Below are positions 1 through 9,211 of a stretch of 64,000 nucleotides of DNA, one piece after another. Under the pieces are notes generated by a model. It saw only the letters and a list, made by a program, of their open reading frames with translations, was not told where the DNA came from and did no database searches. The position numbers were made by a program, and so were the translations under genes. Source of the DNA: a virus. The stretch is taken from positions 78,860-142,859 of the IMG/VR virus record IMGVR_UViG_3300043449_002292. One strand, written 5' to 3'. Each line of letters starts with the position of its first letter. Position 1 is the stretch's first letter.

Positions 1-20
1 CTATGAGGGTCATGTTCTAT

Positions 21-3000
21 TCACTTCGGTTTCGGTGGGTTCCAAGTGTCGCCATCTTTGGTTTTGTTATATCCAATTGAGGTGTCATTCTCGAAGATGT
101 CGTTGATTCCGTCGTTGTTCTGCATGAACTTCTTGAAATTGTCCGTCGCTGCGACGTAACCGCCCATGATCAGTGATTCGGAGATCTTCTGGGCGTTCAT
201 TGTCACGTTGAGCTGCACGTTGACATTCACGGTCCCTCCAGCCACGCTCAGGGAGGTCTTCGCGACCCTCATGTTCTTCTCAAGGCGATCGATCGTCGCG
301 TCGAGTCGAACGGTCTCAAGGTCGGCGAGGATCTCATTGATATTCATGGTGTGACCGACGAGGGCTGTGAGCCGCTCCTCGAACTGCGTCATACGATCCT
401 CGCTGAGACCTTTAACGACATCCTCGATGTTGTAAGCGAGATCTGTGATGCCCTTGATAGCCTCGTTGAGGGGCTGGATCTCCTTCACGGCATCTTTCAT
501 ATTCTTGATGTTGTTGATCATCTCGCTTGAGATTCCGAAATCCGCGCCGAAGGACTGGCCCACCCAGAATCCGAACTGCCCGAGCAATGCGATGAATCCA
601 CCCGGCATATCAGCCAGGGTTTGGGCTGACGTCAGGGACGTCAGATTTGGGATAACGGTATTCACGTCGGTCAGACCTTCAAGCGAGGTGATGATCGTCT
701 TCAGCGCGTCAATGGCCTTCGACATGTTCTGCACGGTGTCTTTCGTTTCATCGGTGATGGAGTTATCTTTGAATTTTTCATTAAACTGTGTTGCGAAGAC
801 GCCGAGCTGAGCCACCATGCCGGTTCCACCGGTAAGATCCAGCATTTTTTTATTGGCATCATCGACGTCTCCTATTCCGATCAACGTGGTGATCGTTGTT
901 CCGATCGACGTGAGAGCAACGTTCAGACCCCCGATAGACTTTGCGGAATCACCTGCAACCCCATAGTTCAGGTAGTCTGCAAACCATCCGGAAAGGGCTA
1001 GGACCCTGCTCAGAAATCCCGTCGTCCCTTCCTCACCTGTCGTTCCGGTTAGGTCCTGCAACCTCCTCGTCGCTTCTTTGGTGTCACCCAGACCCGCCAG
1101 CGTCGTGATGATGGCGCCAATTCCCGTGACGGCCGCACCCAGCTTGCCGATCTGCTCGCCCTTGCCCGCGGCCGCGGAGGCGTCGCCCATCAAGTTGAGC
1201 TGGCCGATCAGGCCCATCCTCTTGCCGTCGCCCTTCAGGAGCGTGAAGGCGGTCGCGATGGCATCAAACATTCCCTCTGTATCGATCGTTCCGGCCCAGT
1301 CCTTCGGAATCGCAGCATCGATCGCTGAGACTGAGTTGATCACGCCCTGCAATGTGGTCGCTATCTGCTGCAGGGATCCGATCTGGCTGGTCATCCCCGC
1401 GGCATACGTCAGATTCGTCTTGAACGTCTCATCGCTGAACGGTTCCACAAGCTGCTTGATCACGTCCCCGATACCCTCCAGGACGCTCGTCAGAACCCCT
1501 TTCGTGCCCTCGGCGACACCGAGCTTGCTGGCGACCCAGGTGGCAGCCGCAGCACCGACAAGTCCCATCGTGCCCATCTTCTCGTGCATCTTGCTGATGC
1601 CGAACATGGCACCCGCGACCGCGATGCCGAACACGGCAAGGATACCTCCCAAGGCAAGGAGGTCCCCTATGCCGACATTCTCGAGTTTCTTCGCTGACTC
1701 AGCTATAAGGTCAACGAAGCTGTAGGTCTTATCAGGCAGCGGCTCCATGAGCGAGGCCATGAGCTCGGCGATGGCGCCTCCGATCGTCTTGATCGCCACG
1801 CCGACGGCAGCGGCCATCGTTGCGATCCTGAGCGGATCCTCTATGATATCGAAGAGCCTCTCCATCATGCCCTTACCGGTGGTAAGCGTGTCAGCTATCG
1901 GTGACTCGATCCCGCTCGAAAGACCTGAGGCGACATCTGCCGCGGCCCCCGAGGCAGCCCCGACAGCGCCCCCGGTGGATACCGCCTCCCCGACCGCATC
2001 GAATATCTTTCCAGTCTCCCCGAAGAACATGTTCGCGATCTCGGTGATCGTCGACATGATCGGACCACCCCCGACGAAGATTCCAGCGATCGCGGTTGCC
2101 CAGGGATACTGCTCGAACATCCTCATGATCGCGTCAATGATTGCGCCACCGAGATCCGGCAGCTGATCCAGCAGCTTCGGAAGCGCGACCTTCAGGCGAT
2201 CGACGGATTTTTTGAAGGCTGATTGGATCCCGCCCGTGACGCCTGATTCTCCATCATCCGTGAACATCTTCGTCAGGTTGTCGATCCACCTTGGGATGCT
2301 ATCGACGAGCCACTCAACGCCGCCGACAAGAACGTCAAGCATGAACTGTCCGAACCTCGCGGCCATATCCATGAAGCTAAAGTTTCCAACCCCCTCTGTG
2401 AAAGCTTTGGAAATGGATGTGAAGACGCCACCGAGGAGCTCCTTAACGCCCCCGACCACATCGCCCTCCTTCACCTTGGTTATGAAACTCTCAACGCTTG
2501 TTGCGATCTCCTCGAACATCGTGCCGATCTTGGTGAACAGCCCAAGAAATGCTTGACCATCATCATTCTTGAACAGGACCGCCGAGAATATCCTACCCAC
2601 CCTCTGACCGATTACAGCCACGTCAATCATCTTCTTAGCAAGGTCCCCGATAGTTTTTAGGACACCTTTTGAGCCAAAGAACCCCCGACCGAATCCCTCG
2701 AAGAATGCTGACATGAAACCCGTGAATTCCTTAAACGGCGTGATGACGTTCTCAATGTTGTCCGCAAGATCCTTGAATGTCTCCTCGGTCGACTTCTGCT
2801 TCTTGTTCGCCGCGTCAGCGCCCGCGACGATCTCATCGTAGGACATCGCCAGACCCTGTGAGGAGAACGCAAGACTCACCTGCTTCTCGGTGAGACCCGC
2901 AGTGTCAGCGAGCAGCTTGCGATCCACGCGTGACATCTCGTCGATCGATCTGCCCGTCGCCGCGAACGCGCGCTGGAGCTCCTGCAGACGATCGGCTGCG

Positions 3001-4097
3001 CCTTCCATGTTCCTCAGCTTCAGGGGATCGAGAACCATGCCGAAACCCTGCGCGAGGCTGGCGGCCGCCTCCGCACCCTGCTCGAAGTCATCGAACTTGT
3101 CAACGAGCCCGGTGAGCTCGGTGATCTCTATGCCTAGCTTTCGTGTGAAGACGGCGGCCTGAGTCATCTCCTTCACGTAATTGCCAGTCATCTTTCCCAG
3201 GAGCTTGAAATTGTTCAACGCAGCGCCGACGTCCTTTCCGAGAACCTTCGTGGAGATACCGAAATTTCTTCCGATCTTGTCGACCGATGACAATATCTCC
3301 TGAGAGAGTGACTTGGTGCTTCTGCCAGTCGCAATGGCAAGGGTCGCGGTTTGCTGCATCGCCTCGGAGGAGAAACCGAGACCTTCCTTCAGGAGGTAGA
3401 GCTCGTCCGAGGCTTCGTTGAACTCCGAACCCAGCGCGTCGGTGATCGCCCCCATATCCTCGAAGACTTCCATGGCCTTCTCAACACGGTCGATGGATCC
3501 ATCGATTCCAGGGGCGAACTTGGAGGCGAAGACGTTCGCTCCTCCTGCAGCCTCCTTCAGGCTGCTCCCCATCGTTGTCGCCATTGTCTTGACACGAGCC
3601 GCTGATGTCTCAGTGAAGCTGCCAACTTTCGCGCGCACCTTCTCGTAGGCTTCGGCGAGCTCGTACAACTTCTGCGCCATCTCGACCGCTTTCTTAATGA
3701 GAGTGTCGTACATTGTCGAGAGAACTCCGAAGGCAGCCTGCACCGGGTTCATGATGATATCATGAAGTGAGGTGAAGTTCGTTCCCAGGAGCGCAAGACC
3801 CTCACTGAAGGGCGTGGTGAACTTCTCCCACACTCCCTCACCGACGAAATCTTTTATCTTTCCGGTGAACGTGCTCCACATGCCGCTGGTCTTCTCGAGC
3901 TCCTCACCGGCGGACGACATGCTGCCCGCCATGTCATTGACCGCTGGCACTGCATCCTGCGCAGCTTCCGTCACGTTTCGGAACGCGGCGGCCTGGGATC
4001 CAGCACCCTCCGAGATCGCAGTCAGCAGCTCACGCTGCTGCTTGAGGGACGCGTTAATCTCCTGAAGTATCTGTAGTTGCTCAGCTTGGATGTCCAC
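21..4097 (-). CDS. Tail tape measure protein (1358 aa)
   Basis: Long Ala/Gly-rich helical protein with several hydrophobic segments (e.g. LLALGGILAVFGIAVAGAMFGI), located downstream of tube and chaperone genes. GTG start. Confidence 0.8.
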   Translation of the reverse strand: MDIQAEQLQILQEINASLKQQRELLTAISEGAGSQAAAFRNVTEAAQDAVPAVNDMAGSMSSAGEELEKTSGMWSTFTGKIKDFVGEGVWEKFTTPFSEGLALLGTNFTSLHDIIMNPVQAAFGVLSTMYDTLIKKAVEMAQKLYELAEAYEKVRAKVGSFTETSAARVKTMATTMGSSLKEAAGGANVFASKFAPGIDGSIDRVEKAMEVFEDMGAITDALGSEFNEASDELYLLKEGLGFSSEAMQQTATLAIATGRSTKSLSQEILSSVDKIGRNFGISTKVLGKDVGAALNNFKLLGKMTGNYVKEMTQAAVFTRKLGIEITELTGLVDKFDDFEQGAEAAASLAQGFGMVLDPLKLRNMEGAADRLQELQRAFAATGRSIDEMSRVDRKLLADTAGLTEKQVSLAFSSQGLAMSYDEIVAGADAANKKQKSTEETFKDLADNIENVITPFKEFTGFMSAFFEGFGRGFFGSKGVLKTIGDLAKKMIDVAVIGQRVGRIFSAVLFKNDDGQAFLGLFTKIGTMFEEIATSVESFITKVKEGDVVGGVKELLGGVFTSISKAFTEGVGNFSFMDMAARFGQFMLDVLVGGVEWLVDSIPRWIDNLTKMFTDDGESGVTGGIQSAFKKSVDRLKVALPKLLDQLPDLGGAIIDAIMRMFEQYPWATAIAGIFVGGGPIMSTITEIANMFFGETGKIFDAVGEAVSTGGAVGAASGAAADVASGLSSGIESPIADTLTTGKGMMERLFDIIEDPLRIATMAAAVGVAIKTIGGAIAELMASLMEPLPDKTYSFVDLIAESAKKLENVGIGDLLALGGILAVFGIAVAGAMFGISKMHEKMGTMGLVGAAAATWVASKLGVAEGTKGVLTSVLEGIGDVIKQLVEPFSDETFKTNLTYAAGMTSQIGSLQQIATTLQGVINSVSAIDAAIPKDWAGTIDTEGMFDAIATAFTLLKGDGKRMGLIGQLNLMGDASAAAGKGEQIGKLGAAVTGIGAIITTLAGLGDTKEATRRLQDLTGTTGEEGTTGFLSRVLALSGWFADYLNYGVAGDSAKSIGGLNVALTSIGTTITTLIGIGDVDDANKKMLDLTGGTGMVAQLGVFATQFNEKFKDNSITDETKDTVQNMSKAIDALKTIITSLEGLTDVNTVIPNLTSLTSAQTLADMPGGFIALLGQFGFWVGQSFGADFGISSEMINNIKNMKDAVKEIQPLNEAIKGITDLAYNIEDVVKGLSEDRMTQFEERLTALVGHTMNINEILADLETVRLDATIDRLEKNMRVAKTSLSVAGGTVNVNVQLNVTMNAQKISESLIMGGYVAATDNFKKFMQNNDGINDIFENDTSIGYNKTKDGDTWNPPKPK

Positions 4098-4142
4098 GCT
4101 ATCTCACCGATGCTATTCCCTAACTATGCGGGAGAGCTTTTT

Positions 4143-4403
4143 TCAGTAACGCCATTCCCTTCCGATAACGCGTCTGAACTCGGCCGCAGCAACCTGACGT
4201 GTCCTTATCATCTCGGTGACAGCGTCAAGGTTCGTGCTATTGTCGCAGAGCGCCTCGTAGAGCCGCCGTGAGGCGTTCATCGCATTGCGGATCGCCTCCA
4301 CTTGCTTCTTATCACCGGAGAAGCTCGGGACGTTTCCGCCCTCGAGGATGTAACGACCTGCTGACCTGAAGATCTCCGTGAGAACTTTTTCCTGTTTTTC
4401 CAT
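4143..4403 (-). CDS. Hypothetical protein (86 aa) between tail chaperone and tape measure
   Basis: Clean ORF filling the gap, with an AGGAG SD and an ATACTTA motif upstream. Confidence 0.75.
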   Translation of the reverse strand: MEKQEKVLTEIFRSAGRYILEGGNVPSFSGDKKQVEAIRNAMNASRRLYEALCDNSTNLDAVTEMIRTRQVAAAEFRRVIGREWRY

Positions 4404-4428
4404 CTTGCAAAACTCCTGCGATTAAGTA

Positions 4429-4692
4429 TTACGTGAATCGACGAAGCCGCGCAGGAGTCTCCCCCCGATGCATCCCCATCAGCGCACGTGTCTGGGCGTC
4501 GTTCTGATGGGCAGCTCGGGTCGGTGTGTTCTGCTTCTCACTGTTACGTGAGAGCTCCTTGTTGAGCCGTGTGATGAACCAGGCACGATACTGGATGGGA
4601 ATGTTGTAGCACTCCCAGTAGCTGAAGCCCATGTAATACATGAGCAGGAAGCTCTGCTCGAGGTAGATCTCACGATCCTCAGGCGTCAGGCC
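4429..4692 (-). CDS. Tail assembly chaperone, downstream (GT/gp51-like) frame, probably reached by frameshifting
   Basis: GLTPEDREIYLEQSFLLMYYMGFSYWECYNIPIQYRAWF resembles chaperone C-terminal segments. No good start or SD. The frame runs through the T7 tract at the end of the upstream gene. Confidence 0.7.
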   Translation of the reverse strand, partial: GLTPEDREIYLEQSFLLMYYMGFSYWECYNIPIQYRAWFITRLNKELSRNSEKQNTPTRAAHQNDAQTRALMGMHRGETPARLRRFT

Positions 4693-5521
4693 AAAAAAAG
4701 CTGGCGCCGAGCGGCACCCGCACCTCGCTCTGCTCACCGCAGGATGCGCAGTCGAACTCTCCCTTCAGCTCGATGCCGGGCTCATTCGCGTCGATGTGCT
4801 TACGAAGCGCCATCGAGTCACGGGCAGGCATGTTGCGGATGAAGCCGTTGATCGAGGAGCGGTCGGTCTTACCATCGATCGAGACGATGGAATACTGGAG
4901 ACGGGTGGTCACCGCGCTGTCAGCGATCGCACCCTGCTTCTTCGCGCGTTCCGTGATGGTGTTGATCTCCTCCTCATCACGACCCGTCAGGAACTTGAAG
5001 TGCACGGCCTTCTTCGTGATCGGAAGCTTGAACTCGAAGACGTTCTGACCCACGGTGACAGGGTCAGCCTGGAGACGCTTGATCGGCATGTCGGCAAGGT
5101 TGAACTCCTGCTTCGAGCGAGTGTTGCACTTCGGGCAGTCAGCCTCAACACGATACTCCGCACCGTAACCGGTGATGCGAAGGGCGACCATGATCGCGTT
5201 ACGATCACCAGCGAGCATGTCCTGCACCTGGATCCGCTTGTCCGTCAGGCAGCTCCTGATAAGTTCGGTGATGACGGTGCCCTTCTTGATGAGAGCGCGT
5301 GAGGTCAGGATGTCCTCCTCACGGGCGGTCATCGCACGAATATCAACGGTCTCCCTCTTGTGAAGCGGACTCTCCGTTGGATAGACGACACCGTTCGAGG
5401 GAAGCGGAACGGACTCCACCGGAACCTCGAAACCGAAATCATCGCGCATGACATCCTTCGTCTGGATGCCCGCTGGAACCGCCCCACCGAAAAGTGCACT
5501 ACGATCTGTCTCACCTGCCAC
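4679..5521 (-). CDS. T4 gp26-like baseplate hub / tail assembly chaperone (280 aa)
   Basis: VPLPSNG...IRAMTAREEDIL motif, two CxxC pairs (CPKC, CASC), ends FFWPDA, follows the tail tube gene, AGGAG SD. Confidence 0.8.
   Translation of the reverse strand: MAGETDRSALFGGAVPAGIQTKDVMRDDFGFEVPVESVPLPSNGVVYPTESPLHKRETVDIRAMTAREEDILTSRALIKKGTVITELIRSCLTDKRIQVQDMLAGDRNAIMVALRITGYGAEYRVEADCPKCNTRSKQEFNLADMPIKRLQADPVTVGQNVFEFKLPITKKAVHFKFLTGRDEEEINTITERAKKQGAIADSAVTTRLQYSIVSIDGKTDRSSINGFIRNMPARDSMALRKHIDANEPGIELKGEFDCASCGEQSEVRVPLGASFFWPDA
4693..4699 (-). other. Putative programmed frameshift site (U7 tract)
   Basis: AGC TTT TTT TGG (frame 0) versus GCT TTT TTT GGC (+1 frame) joins the two chaperone ORFs. 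Confidence 0.65.
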
Positions 5522-5575
5522 GTTGTTGACTCCTAAAATTTGCTATAGCAATTGTTAGCAATCATATGAGCAAGT

Positions 5576-5606
5576 AAAAAAATGGCCACGCAAAATGCGT
5601 GGCCAT
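5576..5606 (-). terminator. Rho-independent terminator after tail tube gene
   Basis: 11-bp perfect stem ATGGCCACGCA/TGCGTGGCCAT, 3-nt loop, followed by a T run on the minus strand. Confidence 0.88.
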
Positions 5607-5628
5607 CCTTCTTTTAGTGTTATTCCGA

Positions 5629-6117
5629 TCAGTACTGTAGGACGCAGTTGTCGAAGCGGAGTGTGAGGGCAATTTCCATGATGTCATCGCCATCATACTT
5701 GAGCTCACCGAAGCCCGCCGAGGTGATGAAGGCTCCCTTAATATCCCAGAGCTCGATAACGGTGCCGACCGGATCGAGGAGCTTCAGCTGGCAGTCGCGC
5801 TTGTAGAAGTCAGCGTAGCCTGCGCGTCCTGATACCGACTCAAAGTGGGTGCGAATCCATTCCATCACCTGCTGGGCGCCTGAGGGGGCGATCGCATCGT
5901 AGAGGGTCACGTCGATCGTCTCGAAGGTCGTCTTGCCGGCGATGTAACGACGCGAGTTGATCCAAGGGATCTCCTTCTCCTCAGTCTTCACGCTTGGGCG
6001 CTTCGTTGACTTGATGAGGTAAGCATCGATTCCCTCGATGGCAAAAACCCATCGGTTCGACCTCTTCGGTTCAAACTTGTTGGGTAGCATATCGGTGACT
6101 GAGAGTGTCTCGGCCAT
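5629..6117 (-). CDS. Tail tube protein (T4 gp19-like)
   Basis: FEPKRSNRW, YIAGKTTFETIDVTLYD, W-x-IKGAF, LTLRFD motifs; 162 aa; directly follows sheath. Confidence 0.92.
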   Translation of the reverse strand: MAETLSVTDMLPNKFEPKRSNRWVFAIEGIDAYLIKSTKRPSVKTEEKEIPWINSRRYIAGKTTFETIDVTLYDAIAPSGAQQVMEWIRTHFESVSGRAGYADFYKRDCQLKLLDPVGTVIELWDIKGAFITSAGFGELKYDGDDIMEIALTLRFDNCVLQY

Positions 6118-6133
6118 TGTGTCTCCTGTTCCT

Positions 6134-6140
6134 TAACTAT
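6134..6140 (-). promoter_or_regulatory. Putative late promoter ATAGTTA (tail tube)
   Basis: Instance of the recurrent intergenic ATANTTA motif just upstream of the SD. Confidence 0.65.
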
Positions 6141-6158
6141 TGTTGTTATTCTAAATTC

Positions 6159-9100
6159 TTAGAAATTAGCCGCGTTTCTTGCCTCAAAGTCGATCGAGAT
6201 GAACTCGGCCGCCTTCGTGGGCTGCAGGTAAATCTTACCGCGGATGGTGTTGTTCTCGATGTCAGCCTGCGTTGTCGTTGTCGTATCGATCTGGACACGG
6301 TAACGCTCGACACCACGCTGCGCCTGCACCTGCTTCATGATGGGGGTCACGAGGGAGTTGAAGCGGGCGATGGTTGCCTCACGGTTCGGCTCGAAGAGAA
6401 GGGTGTAAGCGACGGCCTTCACTCGACGACGAACCTCGATGAGGAGTCGACGGACGTTGACGCGATCGAGGGCCGAACCTTCAGCAAGCGTTGTTCGTTG
6501 TCCGTTGATAATGATCCCAGCGCCCAGTGAGGCGACGATCGGGTTGATACCGGCGTCATACACGGTGTCGACATTCTCCGCTAGGAACTTCGTGCTGAGC
6601 TCCTCTGCAGGGATAATCGCGCGGACGTAACCTGCGGGAGCATTCCACGCGTAACCGATACGATCGTTCTGACCGAAGGCACCGAGGACCATCGCGGAAG
6701 CCGGAACTCTCATGGACACCGGGATCCCGTTTCCTGGATCGATCGAGGCGAAGAGATCCGGGAAGTATGCAGCACCGAAGGAGTTGTTAAGACCGCGGTT
6801 ACGGAAGCGTGTCGTTGTGTAGTTGACGTTGACACTCGGATACGTGTCGGAGGAGATCGACGCGGTGATGTAGCTGTTGGTCTCGTCCTTCAACTCAACG
6901 TCCATGATGTAGAGCGCATCAAACTTCGTCTGCATGGACGACAGGGCATAATCCGTGACTGCGGGATGACGAACATCCGGGATCGCCAGGAGGCTAACGT
7001 CGGAGTAGGTCTTGTTCGACATGATATCGACCGCCTTGCGGTAAGCAGCGACCGTCGGTCCGTTGAGCTCTCCCTGGTTGGTGTTATCGAGCTCACGACG
7101 GATAGCAGAGTCACGCATGTAGAACTTGTCAGCGTCGAAGACGTTCAGACCATCGAATCCGCCCTGCATGAAGGTTACGAACTTCAGGTAGCTCCTGTTT
7201 GAAGCGTATGAGAAGTCGACGTTAACGTCCAGGAACCTTCCACCCAGGGTGCTATCAAGAACTCCGTCACGCTGGTATACAGCCTCATCCCAGCGGGTCG
7301 TATCAATCGTGGTGTCGGAGCTTGTCATCACCTGGACCCTCTCCAGCGTGAAGAGGTTCTTGTTGAAGAGATCCGCGTCAACCACGGAGCCATTGACGTT
7401 CTGAGCACCCTCGTTTCCACCCGCCCAGGGGTTCTGGTATGTCGTGTGGAACTTGGGGAAATACTTCGTGTATGCAGAGAACGCGCCAGCGCCCAGGAGC
7501 GTGGTAGGAGCCGTGGTTCCATCGTTCGGCTGCGTTGTTGAGTTGCAGACATTGAACTGTGGTCCCCAGTAATACTTGCTCTCACCAGTCGCATTCGGAT
7601 CGGCAGCGGCGGCGCCGATATTGATGCTGTGCCTGAAGAAGATCGGCAGCTCACGAGCATTCGTCGTTGGAACGGTGAGGTGTGGGCTGTTACCGTAAGA
7701 TCCTGTGGTGAGGAACCCAGAACCTGATGTCACAAGGTGGTAGTATCCACGTGAACCGACCGGCAGTGTGTTGGTCGGAACAATCTTGTTGATGACATCG
7801 TCTGAGAGTTCGATCCTGATACGACGTGAGGCCTTACCGTAGAGACCGTCCTCGATAACTTTCTGCGCGTCAGCCGTGCGATCGAAATCAAAGTAGGTGT
7901 TGAGATCACCGATCTTCTTTCCAACGAAGTTGGAGCTGTCAGGATCGAGATCACAATCAACGTAACTCTCTAGGACGACGGGTGAATCATCGCTGTCATC
8001 GAAGCTCCGCAGCTTGACGGTGAACCTACCGTAGGAGTCAGCCGTGGTAGGATACTTGATGTTCTCGATTGTTATCTTGTAGAGCTCGTTTGAATCGGCG
8101 CCGTCGGAACGTGCGTGGAACTTGAAGAGGTTGTACCTTGTTCCACCGAAGTTCTGGGAGACGATGAACGGGGTCGCTGGGTGCTGATAACGATCCTCGA
8201 AACCCTCGTAGTTGGGGAACGTGGCAGTTCCGTTATTTGCCGTCTGCGTTCCACTCAGGCAGAAGACGATCTCCTCGATCGATGTGTTCACGTCGACGCG
8301 ACGAACGAGATCCTGTGCGGCGATTCCGGATCCTGTTGGAACCGCGAAGGCATCGAGAACATCGTAATGGTTGTAGAGAACGTATCCATACTCCTCGACA
8401 AGACGGGGATTTGTGTTTAACGTTCTCGCGAAGTAGCTGAGATCGCTTGGGTTAAGCGAGGCGCTGATAACGCTCGGATACGCATCCGAGTCGGTGTGGC
8501 CGTTCAGGAACAGGGTGAAGTTCTGCTTGCCGCTGCGAAGATCGAGCGACCCAGTGAACCATCCCTTAGCCGGAATCGCGGTCGTAGCAGCGGAAGAGTA
8601 GGTATCCGAAGTGGCTCCGGGAGCGGAGCTCGAAACGGTGATCTGAACGCCTGACGCGGCGAAGAGAACGCCGCGGATGATCGGCTGCGCCGCGGTCGAC
8701 GTCTGAACTCCTGAATCAGAGAGTAACCAGGAACCAGCAGATTCCGACATGTAGCAGCCGAGGAAGTATGTCCTTCCGTTGATTCCGCTCGTGGTGGCGT
8801 ATGGATTGTTTCCAAGCTGACCCGTCGCAGTCTGCACCTTCTGCGACCCTACCACGAAGCCAGCGTTAGTAACCTTGCCAGCGTTCGGGGAAGCTGTCGT
8901 GCGTTTATTTCCATCACCGACGCCAAGAACCCTGACATACGTTCCCGCCGATGCGTTGTTCAGCCACTGATTCAGGGCCACCGGCGCCGGACGATCAGCG
9001 CTTGGGTATCCAAACTCAGTCCTGAACTGCTGAGCGTTGGCGAAAGTCAGGGGAACGAAAGCAGTTCCCTGATCGGCTGTTCCGATCACTCCCGCGGCGC

Positions 9101-9173
9101 GACCCGATGGTTGAACCTCGGTCACCCCACCGGTGCTATCGATCTCATTTAACGTGATATTTGGCGCAGCCAT
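6159..9173 (-). CDS. Tail sheath protein, paralog 2 (gp18-like, 1004 aa)
   Basis: C-terminal WNAPAG, INPI, RVNVRRLL, FEPN and PTKAAEFI sheath motifs. Confidence 0.93.
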   Translation of the reverse strand: MAAPNITLNEIDSTGGVTEVQPSGRAAGVIGTADQGTAFVPLTFANAQQFRTEFGYPSADRPAPVALNQWLNNASAGTYVRVLGVGDGNKRTTASPNAGKVTNAGFVVGSQKVQTATGQLGNNPYATTSGINGRTYFLGCYMSESAGSWLLSDSGVQTSTAAQPIIRGVLFAASGVQITVSSSAPGATSDTYSSAATTAIPAKGWFTGSLDLRSGKQNFTLFLNGHTDSDAYPSVISASLNPSDLSYFARTLNTNPRLVEEYGYVLYNHYDVLDAFAVPTGSGIAAQDLVRRVDVNTSIEEIVFCLSGTQTANNGTATFPNYEGFEDRYQHPATPFIVSQNFGGTRYNLFKFHARSDGADSNELYKITIENIKYPTTADSYGRFTVKLRSFDDSDDSPVVLESYVDCDLDPDSSNFVGKKIGDLNTYFDFDRTADAQKVIEDGLYGKASRRIRIELSDDVINKIVPTNTLPVGSRGYYHLVTSGSGFLTTGSYGNSPHLTVPTTNARELPIFFRHSINIGAAAADPNATGESKYYWGPQFNVCNSTTQPNDGTTAPTTLLGAGAFSAYTKYFPKFHTTYQNPWAGGNEGAQNVNGSVVDADLFNKNLFTLERVQVMTSSDTTIDTTRWDEAVYQRDGVLDSTLGGRFLDVNVDFSYASNRSYLKFVTFMQGGFDGLNVFDADKFYMRDSAIRRELDNTNQGELNGPTVAAYRKAVDIMSNKTYSDVSLLAIPDVRHPAVTDYALSSMQTKFDALYIMDVELKDETNSYITASISSDTYPSVNVNYTTTRFRNRGLNNSFGAAYFPDLFASIDPGNGIPVSMRVPASAMVLGAFGQNDRIGYAWNAPAGYVRAIIPAEELSTKFLAENVDTVYDAGINPIVASLGAGIIINGQRTTLAEGSALDRVNVRRLLIEVRRRVKAVAYTLLFEPNREATIARFNSLVTPIMKQVQAQRGVERYRVQIDTTTTTQADIENNTIRGKIYLQPTKAAEFISIDFEARNAANF

Positions 9174-9198
9174 TCGTTGAACTCCTTAATCTCTCGCT

Positions 9199-9205
9199 TA
9201 ACTAT
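9199..9205 (-). promoter_or_regulatory. Putative late promoter ATAGTTA (sheath 2)
   Basis: Recurrent ATANTTA motif. Confidence 0.65.
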
Positions 9206-9211
9206 TGCTGA

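Noticed and set aside
1-13. Start of a further gene (ATG ACC CTC ATA) after the tape measure stop
   Set aside because: Only four codons are visible at the window edge, too little to call.
4693-4737. Independent start of the 102-aa ORF at 4737
   Set aside because: The first residues (MSRARCGCRSAPA) are an off-frame read of the upstream gene with no SD; a frameshift explains the ORF better.
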